From positions 4,588,001 through 4,652,000 of the forward strand of contig NC_058368.1 in NCBI RefSeq assembly GCF_018350175.1: DNA of 64,000 bases, given 5' to 3'. Shown here one piece after another: positions 8,721 through 21,800 of this stretch. Made by a program: the position numbers and the translations under genes. The notes under the pieces were generated by a model. That model saw nothing but the letters and a program-made list of their open reading frames with translations, was not told the origin of the DNA and did no database searches. Position 1 is the first letter of the stretch. Every line of letters begins with the position of its first letter. This stretch comes from Felis catus (taxonomy: Eukaryota).

Positions 8721-11700
8721 TGGGCAGGGGGTGCTGGGGGTTCCTGCAGCTGCCTCTTCCGAAGCCTATGCTCCTCTCCGCTACTTTAATGAAGAAAGAG
8801 AGGGGCAGTGCTGGGATAGGAACCCATATCTTGGTGTCTGACACCAAGTTCAGTGCCTCGTGACGTAACCCCAACTCAAGTCAAATCCCCGAAGTCCTTA
8901 TGCCAGTCGAGGCCACTCTTCCGAAGGCAATATTAAAGGCAGAAGAAGAAAAGGAGCAGACATTTGCATAAAAACCTGAAGGTTAAGTCCCAGTTTAGCT
9001 TAGTCCTCTCAAGTGCAGAAAAAAATGTGACCTCATGCAAAGAGGTCTCATCTGATTCTACTCTGTAAATTCTCTCATGGGCTCATTTTTATTTGCCCTT
9101 ACATGGAGCTCCCTGAGGGATTCCCAGGGAGATTCCCAGTTCAAGGGCTGATTCCATCTGGGACCAGGGAGGCTACATAGGCTTATGTAGCCCGGAGCCT
9201 TTCTGATGTCCATTTACTCAATTCCATTACTCAGAAGCCTAATGGGACTACCACATGCCTCTGCAGTTTAATGTTCTAATGGAGAAATTAGGGATCCTGA
9301 AGAGCTGTGGGCTGCATTTGAATGAGCCATTCAAGAAGCAGAAACTTGAATCATCCTGGCGTTGAGGCTGGATGTGAAATCTACAAACAATTGCAAAATG
9401 AGTCTCCCGCTGAGTATCCCATCCACCCTCACCCATTCTGAGAGGGACAGGGGACTGTGGTTGTTTCGGCTTCTCACAATCTCGAAACGAAGCAGACAGT
9501 TTATGCAAACATCGAGTCCAGTCACAGGCACCGACTGATGGCATATTACACAACACTAATGGCCTTGTTGCGACTTGCACTGGATGCAGAGGAGCAGACA
9601 TGCTCCTTCTCTTGTAACCTGGCTGGACGGAGACAACCTGAGGGCATTGTGAGACCTTTTATAACGAAGGATGAAAATGTGTCAGGCTGCCCCTGGAGTC
9701 TCCAGGGGTGCAGGCAGTGCTCGATTTTAATGTTGCGTCGGTTTGGGAATGTTCTAGGACAGGAATGGGGGCAGGCCCAGGTTTTAAGCTCAGTGCTGTC
9801 ACATGAATCTTGAGTACCGTCATCTGAGTAATCTGTGCTTCAGTGCCATCTATCCAAGAGCAGGTGCCAACATTTATGTCTACAGTAGATCAACCAGCCA
9901 ATTAATTCATGAACCTCTGCTGGGTACAAGGATATGTGTAGGCCCCATGATAAACTCAAAACAGTGACAAGGTGATAACCGGTTCTAGGTGGGAACTTGG
10001 CATGAGCAAAAGGAAGATCCAAGAACCCAAATTCTGACTGAGAGGAAATAAACTCGGGTGACCAGTTGGCCCAGTTGGCCCAGGGATAAGGTGTTTTCCA
10101 GGACATGGGACTCTCGGGGCTGAAACCGGAGAAGTTCTTGGCAGACTGGGATGTCTGGTCACCCTATTGTTCTATTAAGTAGAACAATATAATTGGAAGG
10201 ATGGCTCAGTGTCATGAAGTAGTAGAAATTAAGGCGAAAACAGGTTTAGAAAAAAAACCACATCCCTTTAAGTCTAACACTTTGAGACTGTCTACAGGGG
10301 TCATCATCTTTGGGAATCCCTTCCTGATGCTCCTAAAATTAATGCCCCCTTACTCCGTGGGTTATGGGCATTTCACCAAATTGCTTTACCAAGACATATT
10401 TCTAATGATAGGTTTTGATGGCTGCCTTCAGAACAAGACTTCTATGAACTCTTTGAGAATAAGAACGGTGTGCCACATGTAAATTATTTAAGTTTATCTT
10501 GACGTAATATTGTTATTATCCTGCCTTGTCAATGTCTATGCCAACGTAACAATTCGCCATATCCCCACAGATCTTTCCAATGTGAAGATGTTTAAATTTT
10601 TACAACACGAAAAAGTCTAAGTATTTACTTAAACCTTAAGTTACAGATCTAGTAAAATATACACAATGCCGAGTTTCTGATTGGGGCAACATGCTTTTTA
10701 AAAGACCAGTGACTTACTATTTCGTTCATGCAGCTGAACAATGTGATTGTTGTGTGCTGCCTGGAATGAAACTGAAAATCACGGAAAAAGGCTTTTCCTG
10801 GAATTTCCGAGAAACATACCAAGTAGCATTATTTAGAACTAATACTTTGACCTCTATTAACTAACAAGGGTTGTGATTCAATCACTGGTTTTGTAGTGAG
10901 TCTTGCAAATTGTGGGAGCTCTGCCAGAGAGATTTATGAACAGAATACAAGAAGAATTTTAGATGGGAATATTGTGAAATCCATTGTCTACAAGCTGGAT
11001 TCTGGGGTGTATGAACTTTAGAATAGAACATTTCCTTTCACTCGTAATGAGAATTCTCTGAAAACAACTATGACCAATAATTTTTAAATGTGAATTTAGA
11101 ATACTGGAATTCGAAACCCAGAACTATATACCAGGTTGAATGTACGTACAATTTGTAAGGTGTTCATGTAAATTACAGAAAACGTGCCACTGGAGGAAAA
11201 TATATTGAAATCTGAAAGTCTAAATCTTTCGATCACAGCGCAGTAGAAGATTGCCTTTGGGAACATCTAACACCTAGCTGTAAAGATTAGGACCCTGGGA
11301 CCCAGTGGTTCTGAGACACATACTCCTCGTCAGGCCACTACGGGTGGAAAGCACAGTGGAGCGGGAATCAGAGGGACCGGGTTCGGGCCCAGCACTGCCT
11401 CATGGTGGCCACGCCCGGGCCCAGCACTGCCCATACCTGGGGGCGATCCTACAGCACTTCCTTTCCCTCCAGATCTTCCTTGGTCACCAAGTTTAGAGAT
11501 TCTAGTCCAGTCTCAACAATCCACGCTCAGTGTGGCTGCCGCAGCCTTATTTCCAGCCTTTTTAGGCCAGTGCCTTCCACTTGGACACCTGCATTAGCCT
11601 CCTGAAAAATCTCCTGCCTTCCTTCGCATCTGACTCACCTCCAAGCTGGCCGGCGTCCTTCCCAAACCAAAACACTGCAAACGGAGTCCTGCCACTTCAT

Positions 11701-12384
11701 CTAGTATCCCCAGCTGCCACCTCTGAACCTTGAGAAGATGTCAGATCTCAGCCGAGCACACGATCCCTTTCACTCTAGCCATGCCGAATTATTTACAGTG
11801 AGGCTTTCTCACGCTGCTGTGCTTTGGGTATTTTCCTTGTTTGCTCTGATTTTCTCCAGCCATTTCTGTCTCATTGTATTACACGGAAGCACAATTCCCA
11901 GGCTCCTCTGACAAAGGGCTTCTGGCCAAGTTGGCCAAGGGTGGGGATGATGTGCGTGGGAGGAAGGTAGACACCAGGGTATTTCTCTCTGCACGGGCTA
12001 CAGCAGGGGCATTTCCAGCAGCCGCTGGTCTCCTCTTTTGCTCCAACTTCTGCTGGCCAGCTCCTCCCTCCTAGGTCCCAGCTCCCACCAGGGGGCACCA
12101 GTGCCCGGCTCAAGTAGAACCACCTCCCCCCTGATGCCCCCAGCCTCTGGGTCAGTAGCATTTTCCTGCCATTATTGTTCACCTGAGTTCCTTTCTCCTC
12201 TTTTGTTTCTCGGCTGTGTAAGAATAATCCTATTTTAGATTCTCTTTGTGTGAAACACCTAGAGATGTTTCTCTTTTCCTGATTAATATGTGCTCTGCCT
12301 AATTAACTTTCATTAATTCAAATCGACCTTTCCCTCGAGAAACGCTCTTCTTCCTGTCCAATTCAGATGCCATTTCTCTGTGGT

Positions 12385-12604
12385 TTAAAAAAAAAATTTT
12401 TTTTTAACATTTACTTATTACTGAGAGGGAGACAGAGCATGAGCATGGGAGGGGCAGAGAGAGAGGGAGACACAGAATCCGAAGCAGGCTCCAGGCTCTG
12501 AGCTGTCAGCACAGAACTGGACGTGGGGCTGGAACTCACAAACCGCTGGATCATGACCTCAGTCGAAGTCGGAGACTTAACTGACTGAGCCACCCCGGCG
12601 CCCC
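12385..12604 (-). mobile_element. CAN-SINE
   Basis: SINE body; flanking tctgtggt direct repeat. Confidence 0.92.
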
Positions 12605-12789
12605 TCTGTGGTCTGTTTTATACATTGGCCCTTCTCAGCATTTACCATACTGCTCTGTAATTCTGGTTTCTCAGTCTCCCTTCTCTGCTAAACCCTAAAA
12701 AAGGTTGAAAAGTCAGAAACGAGGTCTTATTCAACTCTGTGTTCTCAGCATTCAGTGGGTTATTGAATACCTTAGGTGTGTTAACATAA

Positions 12790-12885
12790 CATGCGGGGCC
12801 GGGTAGCTCTTAGCCATGAGGGCTGTCCTCTGCACTGCAGAATGTTAGCAGCCTCCCCGGCCACTGCCTTAAAATGATGCCATTA
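12790..12885. mobile_element. MER20-like (hAT-Charlie) fragment
   Basis: ggggccgggtagctctt..gggctgtcctctgcactgcagaatgttagcagcctccccggcc resembles the MER20 core as I recall it. Confidence 0.6.
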
Positions 12886-13380
12886 GGAAAAAGAACTATG
12901 AGAAAGTTCTGAACACCATAGAAGTGCTATTAACTAGCTTCAGAATGGTGTCTCTGAAACTATTGGAATTTACCAGTTTCAATCACAACACAGAGTGTTC
13001 TGCATACTGTGAGGGTACTGATAAGCCAATTTTTAAAATACTAATACTGTTAGCAGCTAGTTTCCTGTGGTAGAAAGCTCAACTTAATGTTTATCTTCCA
13101 TTATCTTAATAGTTACATCTAACTTTGTGGATGTTTTTTATACATTCAGTGAAAAGGAACATTTAATACACTGTCTACAGTAAATACTGACATGTTAATA
13201 GTTACCCAACTGATCACTTTTTAACTATAAATACAGGTACTTCATTTCAGTAGGTAATCAAATTTATCCAAAGTTTACTCATTTGAACGCTCACATTACA
13301 CAAAATATGTATCTGAGTTAGTAGGACAATTAAGAATCTTATAAACATTTCATAACACACTTAAAGTGTTTTCTAATGTT

Positions 13381-13579
13381 GGGGCTCCTGGGTGGCCCAG
13401 TCGGTCATCTGACTTCAGCTCAGGTCATGATTTCATGGTTTGTGAGTTCGAGCCCTGCCTCGGGCTCTAGGCTCAGAGCCTGGAGCCTGCTTTGGATTCT
13501 GTGTCTCCTTCTCTCTCTGCCCCTCCACTGCTTGTGCTCTGTCTCTTTCTCTCTCAAAAATAAACATTAAAAAAAAAAA
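13381..13579 (+). mobile_element. CAN-SINE (first of a tandem pair)
   Basis: SINE body with an internal deletion and an A tail. Confidence 0.9.
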
Positions 13580-13590
13580 TCAGATGCTTT

Positions 13591-13807
13591 GGGGCACGTG
13601 GGTGGCTCAGTCGGTTGAGCCTCCGACTTTGGCTCAGGTCATGATCTCATAGTTCGTGAGTTCGAGCCCCATGTCGGGCTCTGTGCTGACAGCTCAGAGC
13701 CTGGAGCCTGCTTCGGATTCTGTGTCTCCCTCTCTCTCTGCTCTTCCCCTGCTCACACGCTGTCTCTCTCTCAAAAATAAATAAAGATTTTAAAAAATTA
13801 AAAAAAA
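13591..13807 (+). mobile_element. CAN-SINE (second of the tandem pair)
   Basis: SINE body; tgttttctaat flanks the pair on both sides. Confidence 0.92.
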
Positions 13808-15892
13808 TGTTTTCTAATACTAATGTTGAAATGTATATATTGATAACATATACTTCCATCTATCTGTCTCAATACTAATCAGCAAAATTTGAATTAAAAA
13901 ATGTTCAAAGAGGGTCCAAAGGAACTGTGATTATTAGGAAAGTGACTTTCTTCTGTAAAATTATACTTTAAGTATAAAAGATTTATTCCATAAAGTATGT
14001 CTTGGAAATATGTGATATAACCCATACTCTAACACTTTCCCTACTCTTAGTTCAATGAAATTATTTTAATTTATTAAATGTAAAACAAAAGTGAGTTGGC
14101 ATATATATTAAGCTGGTACAGGCCTTTATAAATCTCTTTATCCAGGGAATTAAAGTTAAATGCATGCATACTTGGGTAGAGAATAAGATGCTCTATTTCA
14201 CACCATATATTATCATATTAGCCTAAATCAGGTCTAGCTATACTGTAATCTGAGTACCCGAATCATGAACTTCTATCATGTCAACCAAGATGGCTATGAA
14301 AAAAGACACAGGTATGTAGCGAAGACCTAATGATAAATATTAATTTCTAAATATTTGACAACGATAAATGCTTTACTTTATTGCCATTACGTGGAACTGT
14401 ATTTCCAGTAAGTTACAGCTTAGGGATTGCTAAAAAGAAAGCCCCCTGGTAGTAAGTCTTTCTCAGATGCTGAACTTGCCCATTTTATTCTCCGTCTTTC
14501 TCTTCCTGCCAGGTCTCTTCCTTCTATTATTCACTCCACTATCTTTCCCAGAACCTCGCTGAAACCAAGCCTCTGAGCAGAAGCTGGAAATTCTAGCACC
14601 CTGCATTATACGAACAGGCTCTACTCTAACGGTACAATAGGCAATGTGTTTCCCTACAGACTCTGCCCCCCAAACCATACTTAACTAATAATAGTTAATG
14701 GTTAACCATAAGTTACAACATTTCCATAGCAAAATATATCTAAGACTCAACTGTGGGTTCTAGTTCCAGGGAGGAATCTGCCTCCCACCCCCAAACCCTC
14801 ACAGTCCTTAATATAAGATACTCTCCCTCTCTTCAACCTCTCACGTCCCCTCGGACATCTCAACCCCCGTGTGTACACGTCTGTCAAAGGAAGAATGTCC
14901 CTCACCCGTGGATCTGGTATCCTTAGAGTCTCTTCTGTTGACGAATTGGGGGAGGATGCCTCAAAAAAGCCAGAGCTCTGGCTTCGTTTAAATATCCAAT
15001 CACTTAAGTGTTTAAAAATGGGAAGTGTACTCGAAAAGGGAACTCTGGATGAGACTGAACCGCTGTGTCTATGGGAAAGGTGTCAATTCCATACAAGCCG
15101 TGTGATTGTCTTGGCTTGTCTTTATCTGGGTTACTAGGCTAAACCACATTCCTGTGGGTGAGACGGGGTTTCCCAGTGGGGATAGGTGCTTGCTCTGTCA
15201 GTCCCGTGGGGCGGAAGGGGTGGAGAAAATGAGGATTTGCCAAGGCGGGCCTGAGACCAAAGAGAGGAAAACCTTCCTTTGATCTCTGAAACTGGGGGTC
15301 AGGCAGGGATAGCAAGACACGCTAGAGTGGGTCTGGATGTGGGGGACAGCTGACGCAAGCTTCCCTTCACTCCAGCACCCAGCAGGGTCCCAGCCTCCGA
15401 GCCTCTCCTTCCCCTCCCTCCGCTCCCACGTTAAACCTCAGAGCTGAAAGGCCCCGGAACACTTCAGGAGAGTCACTGCCAAATTAAAGGTCTGAAGATG
15501 GCTTGTCTTGACTCCCTGTACTTCGTCCCCTGTCTGCCATCGGCAGTAACCACCAGAGTTCATGGTTAGGACTACCTAATGCGTGTAGCCAATGCCAAAA
15601 CTGATGTCACCACGGAAACTGTATCTCCCTTGCACTTCCTGTTCAGAGCAGAGAAAGTTTTCCAGATGGATGGCCCTCATCTTGAAGGCACTTTGAAGGT
15701 CACTGGAGCAAAAACAATGTTTCTACTTGCTAGAGGCGGGTTTGCAGAATCTGGGGCCACGCGTCATCAGACTCACAGTCCAAAACACCGGGTGCGGGCT
15801 GGCTGCCGAGACCCCTTCCAAGGATCAATGCAGCGTGTAAATAGTGTTTGGTAAGATACACTCAATAACTGTTTATGAGAGGGCATATTTGT

Positions 15893-16108
15893 GGGGCGCC
15901 TGGGGGGCTCAGTCGGTTCAGCATCCGGCTTCGGCTCAGGTCATGATCTCGCGTTCGTGGGCTCGAGGCACACGTGGGGCTCTGTGCTGACAGCTCGGAG
16001 CCTGGAGCCAGCTTCGGATGCTGCGTCTCCCTCCCTCTCCGCCCCTCCCCGACTTGCACGCACACGCCCATGCGCTCTCTCTCAAAAATAAACATTCAAA
16101 AAAAAAAT
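15893..16108 (+). mobile_element. CAN-SINE
   Basis: ggggcgcctggggggctcagtcgg..aaaataaacattcaaaa. Confidence 0.92.
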
Positions 16109-16267
16109 TTAAGGAGTGTATATTTGCATTGTATTTTCCCTGAATTTTTTTTTTTCTGCTCAAGGTTTTTGTTGTTGTGTTTTGCGTAAAATGAGTCTCT
16201 AAGCATAGAACCACAGTTTATAACACCGCACGTGGGGGAAATCAGATCAACTTTCAACTCTGTTTCT

Positions 16268-16495
16268 TTTTTTTTTTTTAATTTTTTTTTTTAACGTGTG
16301 TTTATTTTTGAGACAGAGAGAGACAGAGCATGAACGGGGGAGGGTCAGAGAGAGAGGGAGACACAGAATCTGAGACAGGCTCCAGGCTCTGAGCTGTCAG
16401 CACAGAGCCCGACGCGGGGCTCGAACTCACAGACCGCGAGATCATGACCTGAGCCGAAGTTGGCCGCTCAACCGACTGAGCCACCCAGGTGCCCC
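16268..16495 (-). mobile_element. CAN-SINE with perfect TSD
   Basis: TSD tcaactctgtttct at 16254-16267 and 16496-16509. Confidence 0.95.
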
Positions 16496-17889
16496 TCAAC
16501 TCTGTTTCTACCCAGCAGCCAAACAAGTTTTAACTTGGGGGTCGTCACAGAAGCCCATTGTGCCATCACTGAGGACAGAGGTCCAGAAAACACTTTTTCC
16601 CTGCTCTGTTCAGCCAGGTAGCCCATAGTCTCCTATTGTTTTCCATATTGACGCAGTTGCTAAAATGCCTTATATTGTCTAATTTAAATTGTCTTCTAAT
16701 TGAACTGGCATTTGGATATTGTCCCTGTAAGCCCTTCACGCCTCCTGGCGGACATCCTCCTCCGGGAGACATGCTGGGCAGCAACGTGGATGACGCCACC
16801 GAGGAACAAAGCCAGTGGTTGGCGGACGACTGTTCCTGAACACAGGCCCCCTACGTCACACCTCTGCCCGCGGGACGGCACAGCCCAGGCCGGGCAGGAG
16901 CTGGTCTGTGGCCACTCTGTTCGAGGAGGAGGCTATTCTGGGGAGTCCATCCTTGGGAGACATCCTTCATACCGCCAGGGCATGAAGAAGTGATGCTGGG
17001 GACTTCAGCCATTGTTCTGAACGTAAAGAAAACTTCTTGCTGCTGCTGACAAAACCATATTCTCACACTCTCCCGTGGCTTGGAAATGCAAACCGGCCTC
17101 AACTGCAAGGAAAACCTCACAGAGGGACAGAGGAGCAGAACCCTGGCAAGGAAGGTTCGTGGTGGTAAACAACAAAAACCAAAAAAAAACCAAAAAACAC
17201 AGCATGTTTCTCAGGCTTTCACTGTTGGTGCCAATTTCTCTGCAAATATTTGTCCTCCAAAAAGGGGCTCACGGGCAACTCAGAGGGCTCCCCAGTGGCT
17301 TCTTTGGAGTTTGCCATTCTTTCTACACACCAAGATTTGTGGCCAGAAGCTTCCGTGGGATCGCATAACCTGCTGCCTCATCACTTGGTTTCCTTGTTCA
17401 GGGCACGGTTCTGGGTGCTCGCTGAGATACATCCTGTGGATACAGCCTGTCACGGCGGCTGTCCTTACCATCGACCCTTCCCACTAATGCACTACGTACA
17501 AGGAGGCAGTGAAAACCATGCTTTATCCCTTAGAATCTCCACCCCTCCGCACACCCGCCCCGGGAGCATTTTCCTTTCCTTCCATTTTCACTTCTGACTT
17601 TCTTTCCAGTCAGGTCTGTTGTGTCAACCTGTGGGGCCTCACAGCCCGTCAAAACCCACCCAAGCCTCCAACACTGGGCCTGTGGGGAGACGTGGCCGTC
17701 ACTGTGGGCGTGCCATTCTTCCTCAGCTTCACTCGCCCGACGTGACGTTCTGGCTCTCGCCAGCCAGAGGCTTCTGGGGGCCTAACGTGACAGGAGCACG
17801 TACCAGACTCGGGAATCTCCGGCACCACATCCTGCTGCCACGGTTTCTCCGACACAGGGCTTGATAATGTTCTAAATACATCAGATGCA

Positions 17890-18073
17890 GGGCATGGGTG
17901 GCTCAGTCGGGTAAGCATCTGAGTCTTGATCTTGGCTCAGCTCATGCTCTCACGGTTCGTGGGATTGAGCCCCATGTCGGGCTCCATGATGACAGCACGG
18001 AGCCTGCATGGGATTCTCTCTCTCCCTCTCTCTCTGCCCCTCTCCCCCTTTCTCAAAGTAAAATAACTTCAAA
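17890..18073 (+). mobile_element. Older CAN-SINE
   Basis: gggtggctcagtcggg..cttgatcttggctcag..gggattctctctctccc. Confidence 0.88.
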
Positions 18074-18201
18074 ATACGTGCATCAGAGGCTTGGCAGAGC
18101 CTAAAATGGAATACTATGTTCTGTCTTTTGTGGAAAGTTTAAAACCAGTTTATGTGCTAAAACCAAAATAAAACAAAAAAAACTAAAGAACAAGAAAGAC
18201 T

Positions 18202-18293
18202 TAAGTATCTCAAACCTCAAAAAGGCAAAGTGGAGTAGCGTCAAGGTAAGTATCTGGAACCTCAAAAAGGCAAAGTGGAGTAGCGTACAAGGT
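18202..18293. repeat. Tandem duplication, unit of about 45 bp
   Basis: taagtatct(ca/gg)aacctcaaaaaggcaaagtggagtagcgt(a)caagg occurs twice. Confidence 0.9.
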
Positions 18294-20521
18294 GAAACCC
18301 GGTTACTCTCCTGAGTCCAGGCAGTTGGGAAAGGAAACAGATTTGCCTTCTGGGAGCACCTGGAAGGAGCCAGGGCTGAGCAGACAAGACCCAGAGAGTG
18401 TCCCTCTCAGTAGGTCCACACCTCAAACAGTCACAGCTGAAGGCAGGTTAGGTGAGAAGGGGCACTGCGCGAGGCTCGGAATTCCTGGGCGCGGGTTCTT
18501 TGCCCTTTCGCTCGCTTTGGGAACCCGGGCCATCTGCCGCCCATCCCGACCTCAGGTTTCCCAATGTGATGCTAACATTTCATTGAGAGTATTTCACAGG
18601 GTTGTTATGAGAAGCAAATTCACTGTGGGCAGAACATTCTCGTGGAAATATTAACCGTGCTTACAGCACGACGCCTTTCTTTTGCAAAGCACACGTTGTA
18701 ATGTTATAGGTTAGTACAAAAAACGTGACTAGGAAATGAAATTCCAGCTCAAAACTTCTAGATCAAAAAGAAGTGAAATACTCTGATGTAAATTCAATGG
18801 ACTTAAGCCTGTTATGCGCACATCTGGACTTAGGCAAAAGAGAGCTCACGCGGTCCACGCGGGTGCAGAAAAGGTGCCCACGTGCGTAGGTCAGTGCTTG
18901 GGGACTCACAAATGGAAGCACGTCCCGCTCCCTACAGCCATCCTGCCAATGCAAAGGTCAGTGTCAGACGGGCGTGTAAGGACCAGCCATGGAGTACCTA
19001 AACGAGGGTAATTCGCGGATCTGGAGCCAAATATATATTAAATTCCATCATTTCCTCGTGACGTCAGCTCTAACGTTTCTTCACACACGTGCACGATCTA
19101 TACCTTAGGACTCTTCCTTACCCTGACGTGGAGGCATGAATAACAGAAGTCTCCAAATGTTGACAAGTAGTATTCTAAACGTCAAGTTAGAAGTCAGCCG
19201 TTCAGAATTTAAAACACATTTTCCTCTAAGGTTTGTCTATTATCTGCCCGATCCCCTTAATTTGTAATGTAAACTGTTTCCAATAGTAATGGGACTGCTA
19301 TATTAATAACTGAAATTATGAGTACATTCAACTTCATTAATGGGAGCAATTAATAAAAAGGATGAGCCTGATTTCTTCGGCTTAGGGTCATATGGTAGGA
19401 GTGGAAAAAGCATAAAGAAGAGCTTTGCACCCTCCTTCCTAAACAAGAAAGACCCCGGTGATATTTGGAAGGAGGAGCGTTTGTCTTCGGAATTCTCTGA
19501 CCTTCCTCTCTTTACACCCATCCTCTGTGAGCCGCTCCCACCCCCCACCCTTGACATGTTCCGTTAGGTAAGAGGTTCCTTCTGCCTCTTGGCCACCTTC
19601 CTCTGATTTCTCAGTCCAGAAATGTCCTCGATGCTACGGAGACGGGGCAAAGCCAGGCAGGCCGGCGCGCGGAGATAAAACCTGCCGCCGAGTCCTCGGC
19701 CGTAACTCACTAGTGCGCTAAGGTCGGGCCTGCCCTGGAGTCGGCAACCCTACCCTAGCCTGCCAGCCACATCTCGTACTCGTGGCATCTCGACATCCCA
19801 AGCCTGTCCCGTTTGGCTGCTGTTTCCCCGGTGGCGGTGATGTCAGAGCTCGGGGCTCCGCAGCGGTCCAGCCGGGCGGTGACCTCTAAGGAAGAAGGTC
19901 TGCGAGTCTAAGCGTGCCTGGCCACAAAACAAAGCCTGCCCTTTCATTCTGTCAGGATCTGCCAAGGTAGCTGTGCAAGTGCGTGCTTCAGTGTGGCCAA
20001 CAGAACTGTATTCGATTTCATTTCAAAACAACCGTGCTTCGCGTCTCCCCCGCCAAAAAAAACACCTGCCAGAAGTCTGCTGGTTTGTGTCTTCTCTAAT
20101 TATAATTTCAGAACTGTAACGATACAGCAATCGACTTTAGACGCCCAATAGGTCTCACCTGGACCAACTGTTCTGACGCAAGAGTTGGGGGGCGGGGGTG
20201 GCGCGTGGCAAGTCAGGGACCACGTAAGTGGCACGGGGCCACGTGCAGGTAAGAACACCAGCAAAGTCTGTCATCCCTGGAGCGAGTGTAAATTAGAGAG
20301 AAACACGGATGGCCTCACTGGAAATGAAGTTCCTGTGGTCTGTTTCAAAACTTTGTCTTTTAACGAGAAAGAACCTCTTGTGAGGCATCCATCATTCATT
20401 CATTCATTCAGTAAGTGCTTCCTTGGTTCGTCCCGGCTGGCTGGTGTTGGGGGAGACACAGGGGTAGAGGCACACACGGCCTCGGCCATCGCGGACCGTT
20501 CTCCGGCCGAGGACAGAGGCA

Positions 20522-21061
20522 CAGCTGAAGCTTGGCCAACCCGCCTTTAAACTGCGCCGGGCCACTCACGCGCGGGCTTTTCTCGAACAATACAACAGCA
20601 TAAATGTATTTTCTTTTTCTCACGATTCGCTTGATAACGTTTCCTTTTCTCTAGCTTACTTCCTTGTAAGAATACGGGACATGATACATACAACATACCA
20701 AACACGTGTTGGTCAACCGTGTAGTTGGCAGTCAGGCCTCTGGTCAAGAGCAGGCTGGTAGTGGGCCGCCTAGGCGACTCAGTCGGCTAAGCATCCGGCT
20801 GCAGCCAGGTCACGATCTCACGGTTCGTGGGTTTGAGCCCCGTGTCGGGCTGTCTGCTATCAGCACAGAGTCCGCTTCAGATCCTCTATCCGCCCCTCCC
20901 TGCTCCTTCCCCGCTCACCCTCTCAACAATAAATACAAAAATTTTTTTTAAAGAGTAGCCTATTAGTAGTTAAGTTTACGGAAATCCAAAGTTATATGCA
21001 GATTTTTGAATGTGTTAGGGGTTTGTGGCCCCTAAACCCCATGTTATTCAAGGGTCGACTG
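20522..21061 (+). mobile_element. Tigger2-like (TcMar) non-autonomous DNA transposon, interrupted by a SINE
   Basis: Left end cagctgaagcttggccaac..tttaaactgcgccgggccactcacgcgcgg and right end cccctaaaccccatgttattcaagggtcgactg+TA resemble Tigger2 terminal inverted repeats (CAGTTGACCCTTGAACAAC). Confidence 0.75.
20763..20950 (+). mobile_element. CAN-SINE inside the Tigger2-like element
   Basis: gactcagtcggctaagc..caggtcacgatctcacggttcgtgggtttgagccccg. Confidence 0.88.
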
Positions 21062-21082
21062 TATAATTAAATAAGCAGTTGT

Positions 21083-21290
21083 GGGGTGCCTGGGTGGGTC
21101 AGTCAGCTGGGCGTCCAACTCTTGGTTTCGGCTCAGGTCACGATCCCTTGGTTTCATGAGTTTGAGCCGGGTATCAGGCTCTGCACTGACAGCGCGGAGC
21201 CTGCTCGGGAGTCTCTCTCCTTCTCTCTCTGCCCCTCCCCCATTCACGCTGTCTCTGTCTCTCTCAAAATAAATAAACTTAAAAGAAAAA
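21083..21290 (+). mobile_element. CAN-SINE
   Basis: SINE body; degenerate TSD aaataagcagttgt / aaataagcaattat. Confidence 0.9.
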
Positions 21291-21399
21291 TAAGCAATTA
21301 TAAAAAACTCTGCATTGTTATGGCACCTGAACTGGCCTCCTTCAGGAAGTGACACGACACTAGGACCAGACACATGATTGAAGGGGAAGGGTACCGACC

Positions 21400-21800
21400 T
21401 GGCTGGAGGACGGTGGGCAAAGAGAGGCTAGGGCCTTGTCAGCCAGGCTGAGGTTTCAGGCTTTATTCTGAGCGTCAGGGGAACCGTCAGCAGCAGGCGA
21501 CCTCCAAGGACCTGGAGGCAGCAAGACTAGAGGCCGAGGAGGCAATTACGAGGCCGACAGAGCCGCCAGCGTGGGACAACCGTGGCCTCGGCTCACGATG
21601 GGGGCTGTGAGACGGGGACGGTGCCGGAGACGGAACGCTATGGCCTGGTGACTGGCTGGGTGTGTGCCGTGAGGGGGAGGGAGTCGGGTGTGACTCCAGG
21701 TGACAAGCCGGGACAAACGGTCATACCGTTTACTGAACCACTGAAGCCTGGAGAGGAGCAGATGGGGAGGGAAGACGAGGACTTTCCGATCAAGAGACGC
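21400..21800. mobile_element. L2-like fragment
   Basis: ggctttattctgagcgtcaggggaaccgtc..gagggggagggagtcgggtgtgactccagg..ccgtttactgaa..ggagaggagcagatgggg resembles the L2 body. Confidence 0.5.

Noticed and set aside
9690..9708. Palindrome CCCCTGGAG-T-CTCCAGGGG
   Set aside because: A single 9-bp-arm inverted repeat is within chance for 64 kb and may be part of a decayed DNA-transposon remnant.
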